Shown: piece by piece, positions 1-12,100 of the stretch
Layout of the letters: each line of letters starts with the position of its first letter
How positions within the stretch are numbered: the first letter of the stretch is position 1
Assembly: GCA_964270895.1 (NCBI GenBank)
Contig: OZ185437.1
DNA length: 64,000 bases
Strand: one strand, 5' to 3'
Origin: Podarcis filfolensis
Taxonomy: Eukaryota
Notes under the pieces: generated by a model
Database searches by the model: none
Told to the model about the DNA's origin: nothing
Seen by the model: the letters and a program-made list of their open reading frames with translations, nothing else
Position numbers and translations under genes: made by a program

Positions 1-277
1 TTCATGTGCAGGTGTATAGTGAAACAAAGCAGAAAAGTATCTTGCCCCTCAAGCAGCACTGAACAATTTCACAAACATAAAATAAGAGGTTTGAGTGTTA
101 ATAAAGCAACAGAATATAGCAAATGAATAGATGCCATTTCCTTCCCGTGGGGGGGGGGGGGGCGGCGGAGGGATAGGAGAGGACGAAATTTGCTCAGACC
201 TTTGACATGAAGCAAGTTAAGGATGCTTGTGTTTGTATCCAAGAACAAAGTCTGGCCTCTTTCTACTGTGACATTAT

Positions 278-290
278 CGCCATCTTGTGG
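278..290 (-). promoter_or_regulatory. CTCF-like motif
   Basis: Minus strand reads CCACAAGATGGCG; motif match only. Confidence 0.3.
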
Positions 291-504
291 TTGGTGCCCA
301 GTAAGCCAGCTGATGTTCTTTGACCAGAGTCCACAAAATTTAAGAGGGAAGGTGCTCTAAAAATGAAACAGAAAGCAAAAATGGTTAGCAATACAAACTT
401 GGGGGAGGGGCATGTTTAGCTAGGTAGATCATGGGATCTTTCTTTGGCGTGTCCTGTCCTCCAGGTGATGCAGTCATAAAGTCAAGACCAAAGGAAGAAA
501 TATG

Positions 505-710
505 AGCGTAAGATTCTTAATCTCAAGGTTGTGGGTTCGTGCCCCACGTTGGGCGAAAGCAGTGCTTTTTTCTGGGGGCACTCAGGGCTACACATTGCTG
601 GCACCTTTTTTCTAGAAGGAAATCACTGGGCAAAAGATTCCTGTGTTGCAGGGGGTTGCCCAAGATGATGTTTGTGGTCCCGTGCAACTCTACAGTTCTA
701 TGATTCTATG
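505..710 (+). mobile_element. tRNA-Lys-derived SINE with CR1-type tail, interrupted by a small hAT MITE
   Basis: CTTAATCTCAAGGTTGTGGGTTCGTGCCCCACGTTGGGCG resembles the tRNA-Lys(CTT) 3' half; tail CAACTCTACAGTTCTATGATTCTATG. Confidence 0.75.
560..628. mobile_element. 69-bp hAT-type MITE
   Basis: CAGTG...CACTG imperfect TIRs; 8-bp TSD GGCGAAAG/GGCAAAAG. Confidence 0.6.
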
Positions 711-1044
711 GTCTTATTTTGCAGAAGACAGAAGTATGAACTGCAGGTACAGCAAATCAGATCAAGGGTCAGCCAAACTGACATCTCGTCAGAGCATCCA
801 GGAAAGGCCAACTATCAACCCTGAGAAAACCAGGAAACAGAAAGAAGGAGGTGGAGACTGAGATGCCATTCCATGCCTCAGTTCACAAATCAGCTCCTTC
901 AGCTCCTCTCCTCCCTCATATTCAGAAGAACTAGATATTATCCATAGGTGGAGGGCGGGAGTTAAAATTTTGTTGTGGTGGTTTTGTTTTCAAAATCGGT
1001 ATCTTAAAAGACAAACACAAATGGCCTCATTTATTTTATGGTTC

Positions 1045-1722
1045 TTAATGACAAACCTAGACAGCATCTTAAAAAGCAGAGACATCACCTTGCCGACAAA
1101 GGTCCATATAGTTAAAGCCATGGTTTTCCCAGTAGTGAAGTGTGGAAGTGAGAGCTGGACCATAAAGAAGGCTGATTGCCGAAGAATTGATGCTTTTGAA
1201 TTATGGTGCTGGAGGAGACTCTTGAGAGTCCCATGGACTGCAAGAAGATCAGACCTATCCACTCTGAAGGAAATCAGCCCTGAGTGATCATTGGAAGGAC
1301 AGATCGTGAAGCTGAGGCTCCAATACTTTGGCCATCTCATGAGAAGAGAAGACTCCCTGGAAAAGACCCTGACGTTGGGAAAGATGGAGGGCACAAGGTG
1401 AAGGGGACGCAGTGGCGTAGCGTGGGTTGTCAGCACCCGGGGCAAGGCAAGTAATTTGCGCCCCCTAACCCGTGGATTTGCGCCCCCTAACCCGTGGATT
1501 TGCGCCCCCTAACCCATGGATTTGCCCTAACCCCAGATGTTGCGCCCGGTGCGGCCCGCCCCCCCTGCACCCCCCACGCTACGCCACTGAGGGGACGACA
1601 GCTACCAGCATGAGTCTGACCAAACTGCGGAAGGCAGTGGAAGACAAGAGTGCCTGGCGTGCTCTGTTCCATGGGGTCACGAAGAGTCAGACACGACTAA
1701 ACGACTAAACAACAACAACAAA
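1045..1722 (+). mobile_element. Bov-B (RTE) LINE 3' end, 5'-truncated
   Basis: NLDSILKSRDITLPTKVHIVKAMVFPVV..ESWTIKKA..RRIDAFELWCWRRLLRVPWTARRS; tail CACGACTAAACGACTAAACAACAAC. Confidence 0.93.
1410..1589. mobile_element. hAT MITE inserted in Bov-B, with internal ~22-bp tandem repeats
   Basis: TIR CAGTGGCGTAGCGTGGG / CCCACGCTACGCCACTG; perfect 8-bp TSD AGGGGACG. Confidence 0.88.
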
Positions 1723-2819
1723 TGGCTGTTGTGAACTGCTTTGGGGACACTAGTCAAAAAGTAGAATACAAATCTGGTAAACAAGCTCTGAAATATACTT
1801 TGCAACTCTTGTCCATACTCTAGAAACATGCTGTTAAGTCTGCTGCAAGGCCTCTGTGTGGGAATGCCATTGAAAACAAACCAGAAACAGCAACATGTGC
1901 AAGGCTCATGTCCCAACTGGGCCAAGGGGCAACTTGCACAACACCAATTTGAGTTCAGCTATTATGGTTGCCTGTAAGTGTCTAAGCCCAGTCCAAAGTG
2001 TTGGTGCTTAAGTTCAATGTCTTCTGCTATAATACTTCCCATTCTTTCAAATCTGCTGACAGGACTCTGCTCCAGATTTCAACCTTCACCTACATTAAGT
2101 GGAAAGATCAGTCCATGTATTTATCATCCATCCCTAAGCTAATGTTGTGAACCCACTGCATCCCATTTGCACACTAATCTGTAGGGGTTTTGTTGTTGTT
2201 CTGCATATTTTATCACAAAATATGCTGTTTAATTATGCATTTTATCCCAATGTATGAATTTCTAAGTGCATTTCACCCACACTTAAATATGGTTTTTGAA
2301 ACAGGAACTGTATCATTGAATTCAAAGAAATGAGAAATCAGATTAATATATTCCAAAACACACATTAGTCTAGGAGGTGCAAAGCTGTATCCATTCACAT
2401 CAGAATTTACTGAAACAGAAATGCATAAATGCTCCTAACAAGAGTAAGGAGCAGTGACTTCTTTGCCCTGGTGGATGCAATATTGGACACATTCCCCACT
2501 CCTTCATCACTGCATGAGTATGCTCTGCCCTACATTTCACTTTCTTCAAATTCCAGTTTAACAGGGAGAATTCCTAAAATTAATTTCAGCATGCAGTTTG
2601 CTGCAGCTTTCATTTCACTTGAAGCAAATGTTACTAATATGTACAGACATTTTGACAAAACATTTGATAAAACAAGGTGTACAGACAATTAGATAAAACA
2701 TTTGAGTTATTTGACTGTATGGATAAAATTGTATAAAGATTGCTTTGGTGCTCTTGTGACACTCAAGTGAAGTGATAAACACACAACACAAATATGTATA
2801 TACAATACCATTCTTCTGA

Positions 2820-3450
2820 GATGTAGCAAGTGCCGCAGGAGACAGAATCGGGATTCAAGATGACCTTAGCAGATTGGAGAACTGGGCCCAAGCTAACAAA
2901 ATGAATTTCAATAGGCCAAATGCCTGGTTTTACACGTAGGCAGGAAGAACCAGATGCACAAATATAAGATGGCTTGCCAGTAATGCATCTGACAGTGATC
3001 TAGGGGTCTTAGAAGACCACAAGCTTAACAGGAGTCAACACTGTGATGAACCTGCAAAAAAGCTAATGCTACTCTAGGCTGCATCTACAGAAGTATTATT
3101 ATAATTTTCCTTTACATTTGTATACTTCCCATTACGTAAAGATCACAGGGTGGTTCACAACATAAAAATACGGAATTTAGTATAGTAGACTGTCCAGATC
3201 AAGGAAAGTCAGACCTGCTCTATTTCACCTCAGTCAAACCACACCCGGAGTCCTGTGTCCAGTTCTGGGCACCTCTGTTTAAGAAGGATATTGAAAAGCT
3301 GGAAGGTGTGAAGAGGAGAGCAACCAAGATAATCAAGGATCTGGAAACCAAGCCTTATGAGGAACGGTTGGGGGAGCTGGTTCAGCCTGGATAAGAGGAG
3401 GCTGAGAGTAGATATGATAGCCATCTTCAAATATCTCAAGGGCTGTCACT
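2820..3450 (+). mobile_element. CR1 LINE RT C-terminal fragments (decayed)
   Basis: Typical CR1 segments GACCTTAGCAGATTGGAGAACTGGGC and TGTGTCCAGTTCTGGGCACC...AGGAGAGCAACCAAGAT. Confidence 0.8.
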
Positions 3451-4755
3451 TTCTGTTCAGCAGAGAGGAAAAATGGGCTAAGTAGGGAGAAGCTAAACTA
3501 GGAGAAGCCACAACTGAGAAGCATAAAGTCTGCAAATCATCTTCAAAATTGCATTGTGGGTGATTTGGAAAAGTTTGAGAACATCACCTAACAATTGCTA
3601 GTTACTAAGTAACATGTAATCCTATTTCTTTCTAGTGTTCAGTAAAATACTGAATGAAAGGGTGCTTTTGTTTATCCTAAATGTTACTGAGAGTTGAATT
3701 CAACTTACGATTCCTGTTGGTTATTTCCGCCCCTGCCCCCCCCCCGCCCCCCGTTCCTGCCCCCACACACCAGAATTGGATTTGGATGGTGGGGTGAACC
3801 CCTATAGCAGCACATGGGGAAATTGCCAGAAAATGCAGCAAAACATCAGCACTCATTAGCTCAGTCCCCTCCCAGCCCCCTCACACCAATCTGCCTGTTT
3901 ATAAAACCCACCAAGTGATAGCAAACTTCCAAGCCAACGTAAATGAAATGAAAGTAGTTTCTTGGTGGGGCTCTGTCCAAGCAGCAATTGTTGCCACATA
4001 CAACAGAACTGAAAGTCATCATCACCCAGATTGTGTCTAAATCAAGAAGCCCTATTCCCTGTTTCCCCAGAGAATTGATATAAATAAGATGGGAGGAGTC
4101 ACGATACAACTGGTTGATTAAAAACCCTATAGGGTCAGGCGAAGCTACGTTGAGTCCACTGTCTCTGTGGGAGGCTTCTGGGAATGGACACGGAGTGGAG
4201 ATTTTTGTGCAAGTCTGAGAGTGTGTCCACTACACATTCGTACCTGCACAGCTGAAGCAAACATGAAGAGGGGGGTGAAAAGCAGCTGTGAACCCACAGA
4301 ACTACACTTGTGGAAGAAGTGTGTAAGAGGGCGCTGCCTATACGAGATGGAGACAGCTGAACTCAACAAGGGCGAGGTACGTATCTGTCATCATCTTCAG
4401 TAACACTGTCCAAAGGCAACAGGTGCAAGGCAGAAAATTGCTCAGTAGCCAAAGCCTGGTATGTCTCTAGGCCATTTGCATTCCCAATATTTGGAGGGCA
4501 TCTCATTAGTAGATTAACAGGTGTGAAAAATAAGAAAATAGGTGCCATTCCTGGAATATTGCTGACTGAACTAATTGTTTGATGTGGCTTCACGATATGA
4601 CTTGGGGAACACTGATTATAAATATCAGCTCAGACATGCCTAAGGAAATGAACACCAGCCCAGCCTAGGAGGGACCCTCCATTTAAAAAACTTAAAATAG
4701 TAAAGACCCTACTCTCAGTATAGATGCAAGGACTGATGGTGTAGATGTCATAGAG

Positions 4756-5025
4756 CAGGGGTCGGCAAGGTTTACCTCGCCCGGGTCAGTTCACTCCAGC
4801 AGAGATTCCTCCGTGGGCTGGATTGTGTGCGCGCATGAATGCATGCACCTGCAATTTCCAGCATCTGCATCTGCGCAGACACAATTTCCGGCGCAAAGGA
4901 AGCGAGTCCCTGTGCTCCGCTGGTTTAGTGCAGCATGCAGGGACTCGCCGAGCAAGCAGCTCGGTTCAGGGGCGGCTCGGGGGGTGGTTAAATGACCCCC
5001 ATGGGCCTTAGGTTGCTGACCCCTG
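4756..5025. mobile_element. hAT (Charlie-type) MITE
   Basis: CAGGGGTCGGCAA ... TTGCTGACCCCTG TIRs; TSD TCATAGAG. Confidence 0.88.
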
Positions 5026-6763
5026 TCATAGAGCATATGGAACATTACAGATGTTCTGTGCTATTTATTTGTCAGCATAACGTTTCCTGCAAACCCTAAT
5101 TCTTTATGGCGAAAGAGCATTGCATTGACTCCATTTTGCAGATGTAAACCTTTCTGAGAGCATACACAGGAAACCATCTTTCACACATCCACACTACTGA
5201 AATCAATAGGCTCTTGAACCTTAGTAGAGTGATATGCAACATAATTGAATAAAAAGAATAAAGAAACTATTTTAGCTCCTCCAACTAGCGCCACACTTGC
5301 TGCACCATCTTTATAGTTTAGGCTAGACAAGTTTTTTGAAACACTCTATTTTCCCCTGTAATTAGCTGTGGTCCACAGCAGGAGGGACAAAGTTGTTGGG
5401 GCAATGGGAAATCTTTAAGTAATATATATATTACTACTCCCTCGCCCAGCCTTGCAAGCGCAAACAAGTGAAACTATGGAACATTAAAGCCAAATCACAG
5501 AGACTGACATAACACAACACAGCCTCCCTGCCGTCCCTGTTGCACTGACAGATTGCCATTTAACTAGCAAGCATGGAGCAAGTGTTCCTGTTCCCAGTCA
5601 CCAGTGAGGGACAAGGTTAACATTTTAAGTGATGGAATGCAGTGTATATATTTCCCCATGCCAGAGACCCCGGACTCCAGCTCCACCTTTCAGAACACTT
5701 AATTTCAGTGATGGAATACACGGTGCGTACTTTCCAGGCTGTGAACTCTTGACAGCTCCTCAGATTAATACACCAGAGAGATTTGCTTTCCCCTAGCCCT
5801 CCCCTTACCCACCTGAAGGGAAGCAAAATCACATCTTCAGAGATGTCAAAAGAGGGAGGAGGGGCTGGAATTGGCTTCATTTTTGTTGCCAAGTTGCCTT
5901 TTTTTCAAGGAATGTATTCACAGCCATCTGCTCTCATTCTTCCTAGAGGAGTGGCCACCACCACATTCTTGCAACAATAGAAATTATTATTTCCTTAAGG
6001 ACACAAAAATATTTACAGAAACAAACAAAAGTTGATTATCTTTAGCTCTTAGGGAAATGTTTTTTGAAAAAGCGATTTCCTAGTGAAGAAGCAATTAGGA
6101 AGGCGAACAGAACCATAATTTAAAAAGACGAAGCAATTCCTGCGTCAACCTCCCACACTCTCCAAGTACGTATGTATACCTTTGGGCTTGTTAACAGAAA
6201 ATATAAGCAACAGATACATTACAGACAAAATATGCTTATGTCTTCCAGTGCTCTGATCTATAAAGGATGCTCACCAGGAGCGGCAAGGCTGCTAGTGAAT
6301 CCTTCCAAAATTATTTGGAGCAGGCAGTTTGCAAAAAGCATTGCCATAGCCATCACTATCTCAAACATTGTTTTAAAGCTGGCTTGGGCATCTTGTCCTG
6401 TGCTCAATTTGATGTTCTGCTTGGCCTGGTGCTCAAGAATTTTCTCTTCCGTGCAGTCTGAGGCAGGCAGGAGCAAAGGTGGGGCAAGGCTTAGCCCCTT
6501 AGCCTGATGGATCACAGTTTGAGCAGGTCTGTTTTACTTGCTTCTAGGATGTCACAGAATCATTGCACAACAGTGCCTCTGCCACACACTTTAGCACATT
6601 AACATAAATGGGTTGGAGGAAGACACAAACGAATGGTTTGTGAAGGAGTTAAGATTTGCAGGGTGCACTCACAAGTTATCTCCTTCAGAATGCTTGACGC
6701 AAGACAATTTTCCAACATGGATACATGATGCTATTGTGTTAAACTTGCATGTGGTCATTTGGG

Positions 6764-6765
<2 letters not shown>

Positions 6766-6806
<41 letters not shown>
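6766..6806. repeat. (TTA)n microsatellite
   Basis: About 13 direct TTA units. Confidence 0.95.
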
Positions 6807-6808
<2 letters not shown>

Positions 6809-8122
6809 AAGCCTGTTTTTTATTTTGATAAATGTCAGCATAGGAAACGTTCAACATAGGGGCATATTATTCAGAACTGTCATCTATGTACTATTTCCAG
6901 TTTGACTCTAAAAGGAGCTATTGTAAGATCGAGGGGGGTGACACTAGATTTATCAATCAGCAGAAAGAAATCTCATTGCTGATTGTGGGGGGGGCGTGGC
7001 AAGCAATTGTAGCTCCATATTACATTATTCGGGAAATACGGTACTTCTTGGGTATCATTTTTGTGACGACAATAGACCAGTTGGATTAATAGATCATAAT
7101 GAGTGCTGCATACCTCATTAGCTCCCCTGTTGCTTTGTTTAGTGCCATTGTTGTTGGAGAATTTGCCACCTGTATACACCTCTAATATACCTAGTGCCCT
7201 AGAATTCCACATAAAACCAAGGGAATATTTCTCGCAGGGGATGGGGTAGAACCAGTTCAAGCAACTCATGCTTAGGCCCCCAATTCTAGGCCTTGCTTGT
7301 GTATACAAATACTCCACTGAAGTTTATGGGACCCTTTTCTTTCAAGGACTGGGGTGGTTATTGCCTCAAAGTCTTCCATTCAATATCAAGCACACCACAG
7401 GATTGTACCTACAATACAGAAAAAAGGAACATTTTCTTCAAATCTGCACTAGTGCAGCCTCCTGGGCTCTAGTGGAAGTTGGTCTAGTGTGTTTGCTACG
7501 GGACTGATGAATGACACACTCTCCTACCAGCCATTATTGGATAAATCTATTTACACAGAAAATATTGACCTGGACCAGTGAAGTGGGACTGGAAACAGAA
7601 AACTAGTAGGCCCCAAAGGTAGAAATGCATTTCCAGCCAAGAGTGTTAGCAACTCAAGCCCATAAACAACAGCACTATCATTAATTACTCAGACAGGGGC
7701 AGCTAAAAATGCAGCAGGAAGACTCCAAAGCCAATGTGGAAATAGTTCTGCTTGCTGATGAGCTGGGGAGGGGAGTGGGCAGGTCTAGGTCACCATGAGC
7801 CAGTTCCTGGGCTGAAGAGGCTAATTTGCACATGGGCAGAAGCAAAAGGGAAATCTAAATCCTGGATGAGGAAGGGTGGGAAAATTCACTCGGTATGGAA
7901 GTCAATAAAGCAGCTTCGAGACCCAGGAGGTAAGGCTTGTCATCCTAGAGGTAATTAATTTATGAAATAGAACATTGTGGGGGAAGATAAAAACTGTGTT
8001 GTGTGAGACTGTGAAGAAAGTGGAAGATCCTTACTTTAACACACTCTTCCCCTTTGCATAGACGGCAAAGCCTGAATTCAGAAACCAAGATAAAAATTCT
8101 TCTGTGATGTGACTGGCTGGTA

Positions 8123-8364
8123 CAGTGGTACCTCTGGTTACGTACTTAATTCGTTCTGGAGGTCCGTACTTAACCTGAAACTGTTCTTAACCTGAAGTAC
8201 CACTTTAGCTAATGGGGCCTCCTGCTGCTGCCGCGCCACCGGAGCACGATTTCTGTTCTTATCCTGAAGCAAAGTTCTTAACCCGAGGTACTATTTCTGG
8301 GTTAATAGAGTCTGTAACCTGAAGCGTCTGTAACCTGAAGCGTCTGTAACCCGAGGTACCACTG
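8123..8364. mobile_element. Tc1/mariner (Tigger-like) MITE
   Basis: TA|CAGTGGTACCTC ... GAGGTACCACTG|TA. Confidence 0.88.
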
Positions 8365-8679
8365 TACTAATAACTAAACAGAGATCAATAGCAAAAGACA
8401 TAGCTGGTTATTTTAAACAAGTGTATTAAACTCAGTTCCTATTTACCTGCCATTGACATTTTTGCTGCTGTATAGGCTCTCTGGCTTGCAGTCCCTCTTT
8501 TCCTCAGAGCTCCCTCATCTGCTGTCCACTCCCTTTTTGATAACAGCTTATGGCTTACCTGTCCGACACCCATTTCCCTTTCTCTCTTAAGTTTAGAAAC
8601 AAGGTGAGTAAGAGTGGGGAGACATGACTGAGGTGTGGGGAAAGTAGATAGGCCTTGTCAGTGCTAGGAAAAAAGGTGC

Positions 8680-8935
8680 CGGAACCAGTGTGGTATAGTG
8701 GTTAAGAGTGGTAGACTCGTAATCTGGGGAACCAGGTTCACTTCACTGCTCCTCCACCTGCAGCTGCTGGGTGACCTTGGGCCAGTCACACTTCTCTGAA
8801 GTCTCTCAGCCCCACTCACCTCACAGAGTGTTTGTTGTGGGGAGGAAGGGAAAGGAGAATGTTAGCCGCTTTGAGACTCCTGAAGGGGAGTGATAAAGCG
8901 GGATATCAAATCCAAACTCTTCTTCTTCTTCTTCC
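8680..8935 (+). mobile_element. tRNA-derived CORE-type SINE with (TTC)n tail
   Basis: A-box-like TGGTATAGTGGTTAAGAG; core GGGTGACCTTGGGCCAGTCAC; L2-like 3' end. Confidence 0.75.
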
Positions 8936-9116
8936 ATGAACACCTCCCTTGTTCTCTTATAATGGCAATGGAGCCTACCTGAGAGGTGCCAAAACGGAGT
9001 TCTGGTGAGTTCTGGCTGGGGGAAAAGCCCTGGGCCTTGTAGAACTTGGAACCATTCAAAGAGCTGCATGCTGGAAGATTCGGAACAAAAGAAAGTGCTT
9101 CTTCACACACAGTATA

Positions 9117-12100
9117 TGTTATGTACTGAGTTGAATAGGATCCAAACTGCAGCAGTCTGATTGGTCCTAGAACAATAGGATTCAGAATGCAGCAGTCTGA
9201 TTGGTCCTAGAACAATGCAGCAATATGATTGGTTGGCAGGAACCACCCAATCATGCTCCAGATAGAAGTGAATCCACAACCTGATTGGCTTACAGTAGAA
9301 TTCCGGAATTAGCCAATCATGTGCAGCCCATTGTGTAAATAATGTATATAAAGCAGATACCTTGAGGGAACTTTCATTCATTCCTCCTCACCACTATGAG
9401 CTGAATAAAGAGCATGAAATCACTTTGCGACTCTGAGTATATTTCACTGGCGACGAAGGTGGGATCCCGCTGAGCTGACTGCCACACACAGCACCGCAGC
9501 ACCGCCACCTGCCGCACCGCTGCCTCGCACCGTGTATCCAGGCTTCAGCTCCGGGACACAAGGAACTCAGAATGGCAACCGACAGCAGCTTCTCGCCGTT
9601 CAACCCAGCATCTGGAGACTGGGAAGCGTACGCCTCCCGTTTCACCTTCCTCCTAGAAGCCAAAGGGGTCACCGATGAAGAAGACGCCAAGAAGAGGGCA
9701 ATATTCTTCAGCATCTGCGGAGAGGAGACGTTTGAAATCGCCCGGGCTCTCCTTGCACCCGAAGACGTCGCTACTGTTCCATACAAAACAATAATGGAAC
9801 AGCTGAAGGGGCACTTTTCGCCACAGCCCTCTGTGGTGGCTCGTCGGAATGCCTTCTATGCAAAGCGGCAAGCCCCTGGGGAAACCATAACTGGGTTTGT
9901 GACCTCTCTCCGCCAAGCTGCCCGGTTCTGCAACTTCTCAGAGCTGGAGAACATGCTTCGTGACCGCCTCGTCGGTGGCCTGAAGGATGAGAAGCTGCAA
10001 CGACGCCTCTACGCTAAGAAGGACCTAACGTTCCAGGTCGCTCTGGAGGAGGCCCTGGCAACGGAAGCTGCCGAGAGGTCGACGCAAGAGGCATGGCCGA
10101 GCCAGCCGTCCCAACCGAGGGTCCACCACGAAGACCTCACCGACGACTCAGGATCCAACAGGGAGGAGGTGCACCGAGTACAGCAGCGCACTCAAGCAGC
10201 CTACATACCACAGCTGCCTCGACGAGAAGCAGGGAACTGCGCAAGCTGTGGAGACAGTCACGAGAGGAGGACCTGCCGTTTCCGCAACGCAGAGTGCAGG
10301 CAGTGCAGAAAATTGGGACACATCGCCCGGGTGTGTCGAGCTCGGCCCACCCAACGCCAGGCATCAGATGACCAATCCAAGAGCCCCAGGTCCCGGGGCC
10401 CAACACACCAAGGCAACTCGACGGAGCTCACAGACTTCCAGGTATACCAGTTGCCCCACCCCAACGTAGAGAAAATTTATGTAGAGGTACAGATAGAGGG
10501 GGCCCCATGCCGCATGGAGCTTGACACGGGTTCAACTCTATCCATAATCTCGGCAAGGACCTTAAGGAAACTGTGTCCTACTGGGGGTCCCAAACTCAGG
10601 CCGGCCCCATTCACCCTCCGGGACTTCCAGAAACGTAAGGTCCCCACAATGGGGGTGGGGACCTTCAGGGTGCAATACCGAGGGCGGACGCGGCAACTGG
10701 ACTTGCTTGTGGTCAAGGGCCCCTACATTAGCTTACTGGGATTGGCATGGTTTGGACCACTGGGGCTAGCCGTCACCGGGGTGAACCACACTACCTTACA
10801 AGTGGACGTGGACGCCATATGCAAGGAATTTCCGGGGGTTTTTGATGGGAAATTGGGACAGTATACGGGCCCCCCCATTGCTCTACAGCTTGACCCCGCA
10901 GTACGACCAGTCAGGCTCAAGGCCCGCCGGGTCCCGTTCGCCCTGAAACCCCGTATAGACGAGGAATTGGACCGACTCGTGGAGCAAGGAGTGCTGGAGC
11001 CGGTGCCTAATGCCCCCTGGGAAACCCCAATCGTCACACCCGTCAAGCCGAATGGTTCGGTCCGCATCTGCGCAGACTACAAATGTACCATAAACAAGGC
11101 CCTCACGGCCCATGCATACCCAGTGCCAGTGGTCAGCCATGTCCTTGCCACCCTGGCTGGGTCGAAAATTTTTGGCAAGCTGGACTTGGCCCAAGCATAT
11201 CAACAACTGCCAGTAGATGAGGCCACAGCAGAGGCACAGACGATTGTGACACACAGAGGAGCGTTCAGGGTAAAGCGGCTGCAATTCGGTGTCAGCGTGG
11301 CACCAGGCATATTCCAGAACCTAATGGACTCTCTCCTTAAAGGGATTCCTGGCGTCACCCCCTTCTTCGATGATGTGTTGATTGCCGGGCCCACACCAGA
11401 GGAGTTTGAGGACCGCCTCCGCACCGTTCTGCACCGTTTCCAGACGGCGGGTCTCAAGGTGAAGCGGGAAAAATGTCTACTAGGAGTGCCTCAGGTGGAC
11501 TTTCTGGGATTTATGGTGGACGCAGAAGGGGTCCACCCGACTGGGGACAAGGTACGGGCCATTTGTGATGCCCCAGCGCCCAAGAACAAGACTGAACTTC
11601 AGGCCTTCTTGGGACTATTGAACTTTTACCATTCCTTCCTTCCCCACAAGGCGGCAGTAGCGGAGCCCCTACACAGACTCCTGGACAAGCGGGCCCCTTG
11701 GGTGTGGGGCCAGCGCCAGGAGGCCGCATTCCAGGCAGTCAAGGACTTGCTTGTCTCAAACTCGGTCTTGGCACACTTCGACGAGAGGCTGCCGGTGGTG
11801 CTAGCATGCGACGCCTCACCCTATGGCATTGGCGCTGTCCTGGGACACCAACTCCCGGATGGAAGAGAGGTACCGGTGGCATACTTTTCCCAGACCAAAC
11901 AGGCCCATCACAGCCAGCATCCTTGGAACATGAGCCAGAACCTGAACCCCGGACCAGGGAACACCCCAGGCCGCAACGCACACGTAGGCCACCGGCGTAC
12001 CTCGAGGACTATGAATGCGACCTCCCGGGCAGGACTGGAACTTAGAGGGGAGGGGTGTTATGTACTGAGTTGAATAGGATCCAAACTGCAGCAGTCTGAT

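Noticed and set aside
505-555. tRNA-Lys(CTT) gene
   Set aside because: The 5' half is missing, there are mismatches, and a CR1-type tail follows; it is a SINE head.
1455-1530. CRISPR-like short direct repeats
   Set aside because: Spacerless tandem repeats inside a eukaryotic MITE.
6613-6857. Poly-Leu / poly-Asn ORFs
   Set aside because: Translation of the (TTA)n microsatellite.
9103-9381. Duplicated 92-aa ORF MNESSLKV... (also 12042-12320)
   Set aside because: Antisense reading of the two LTRs; not a gene.
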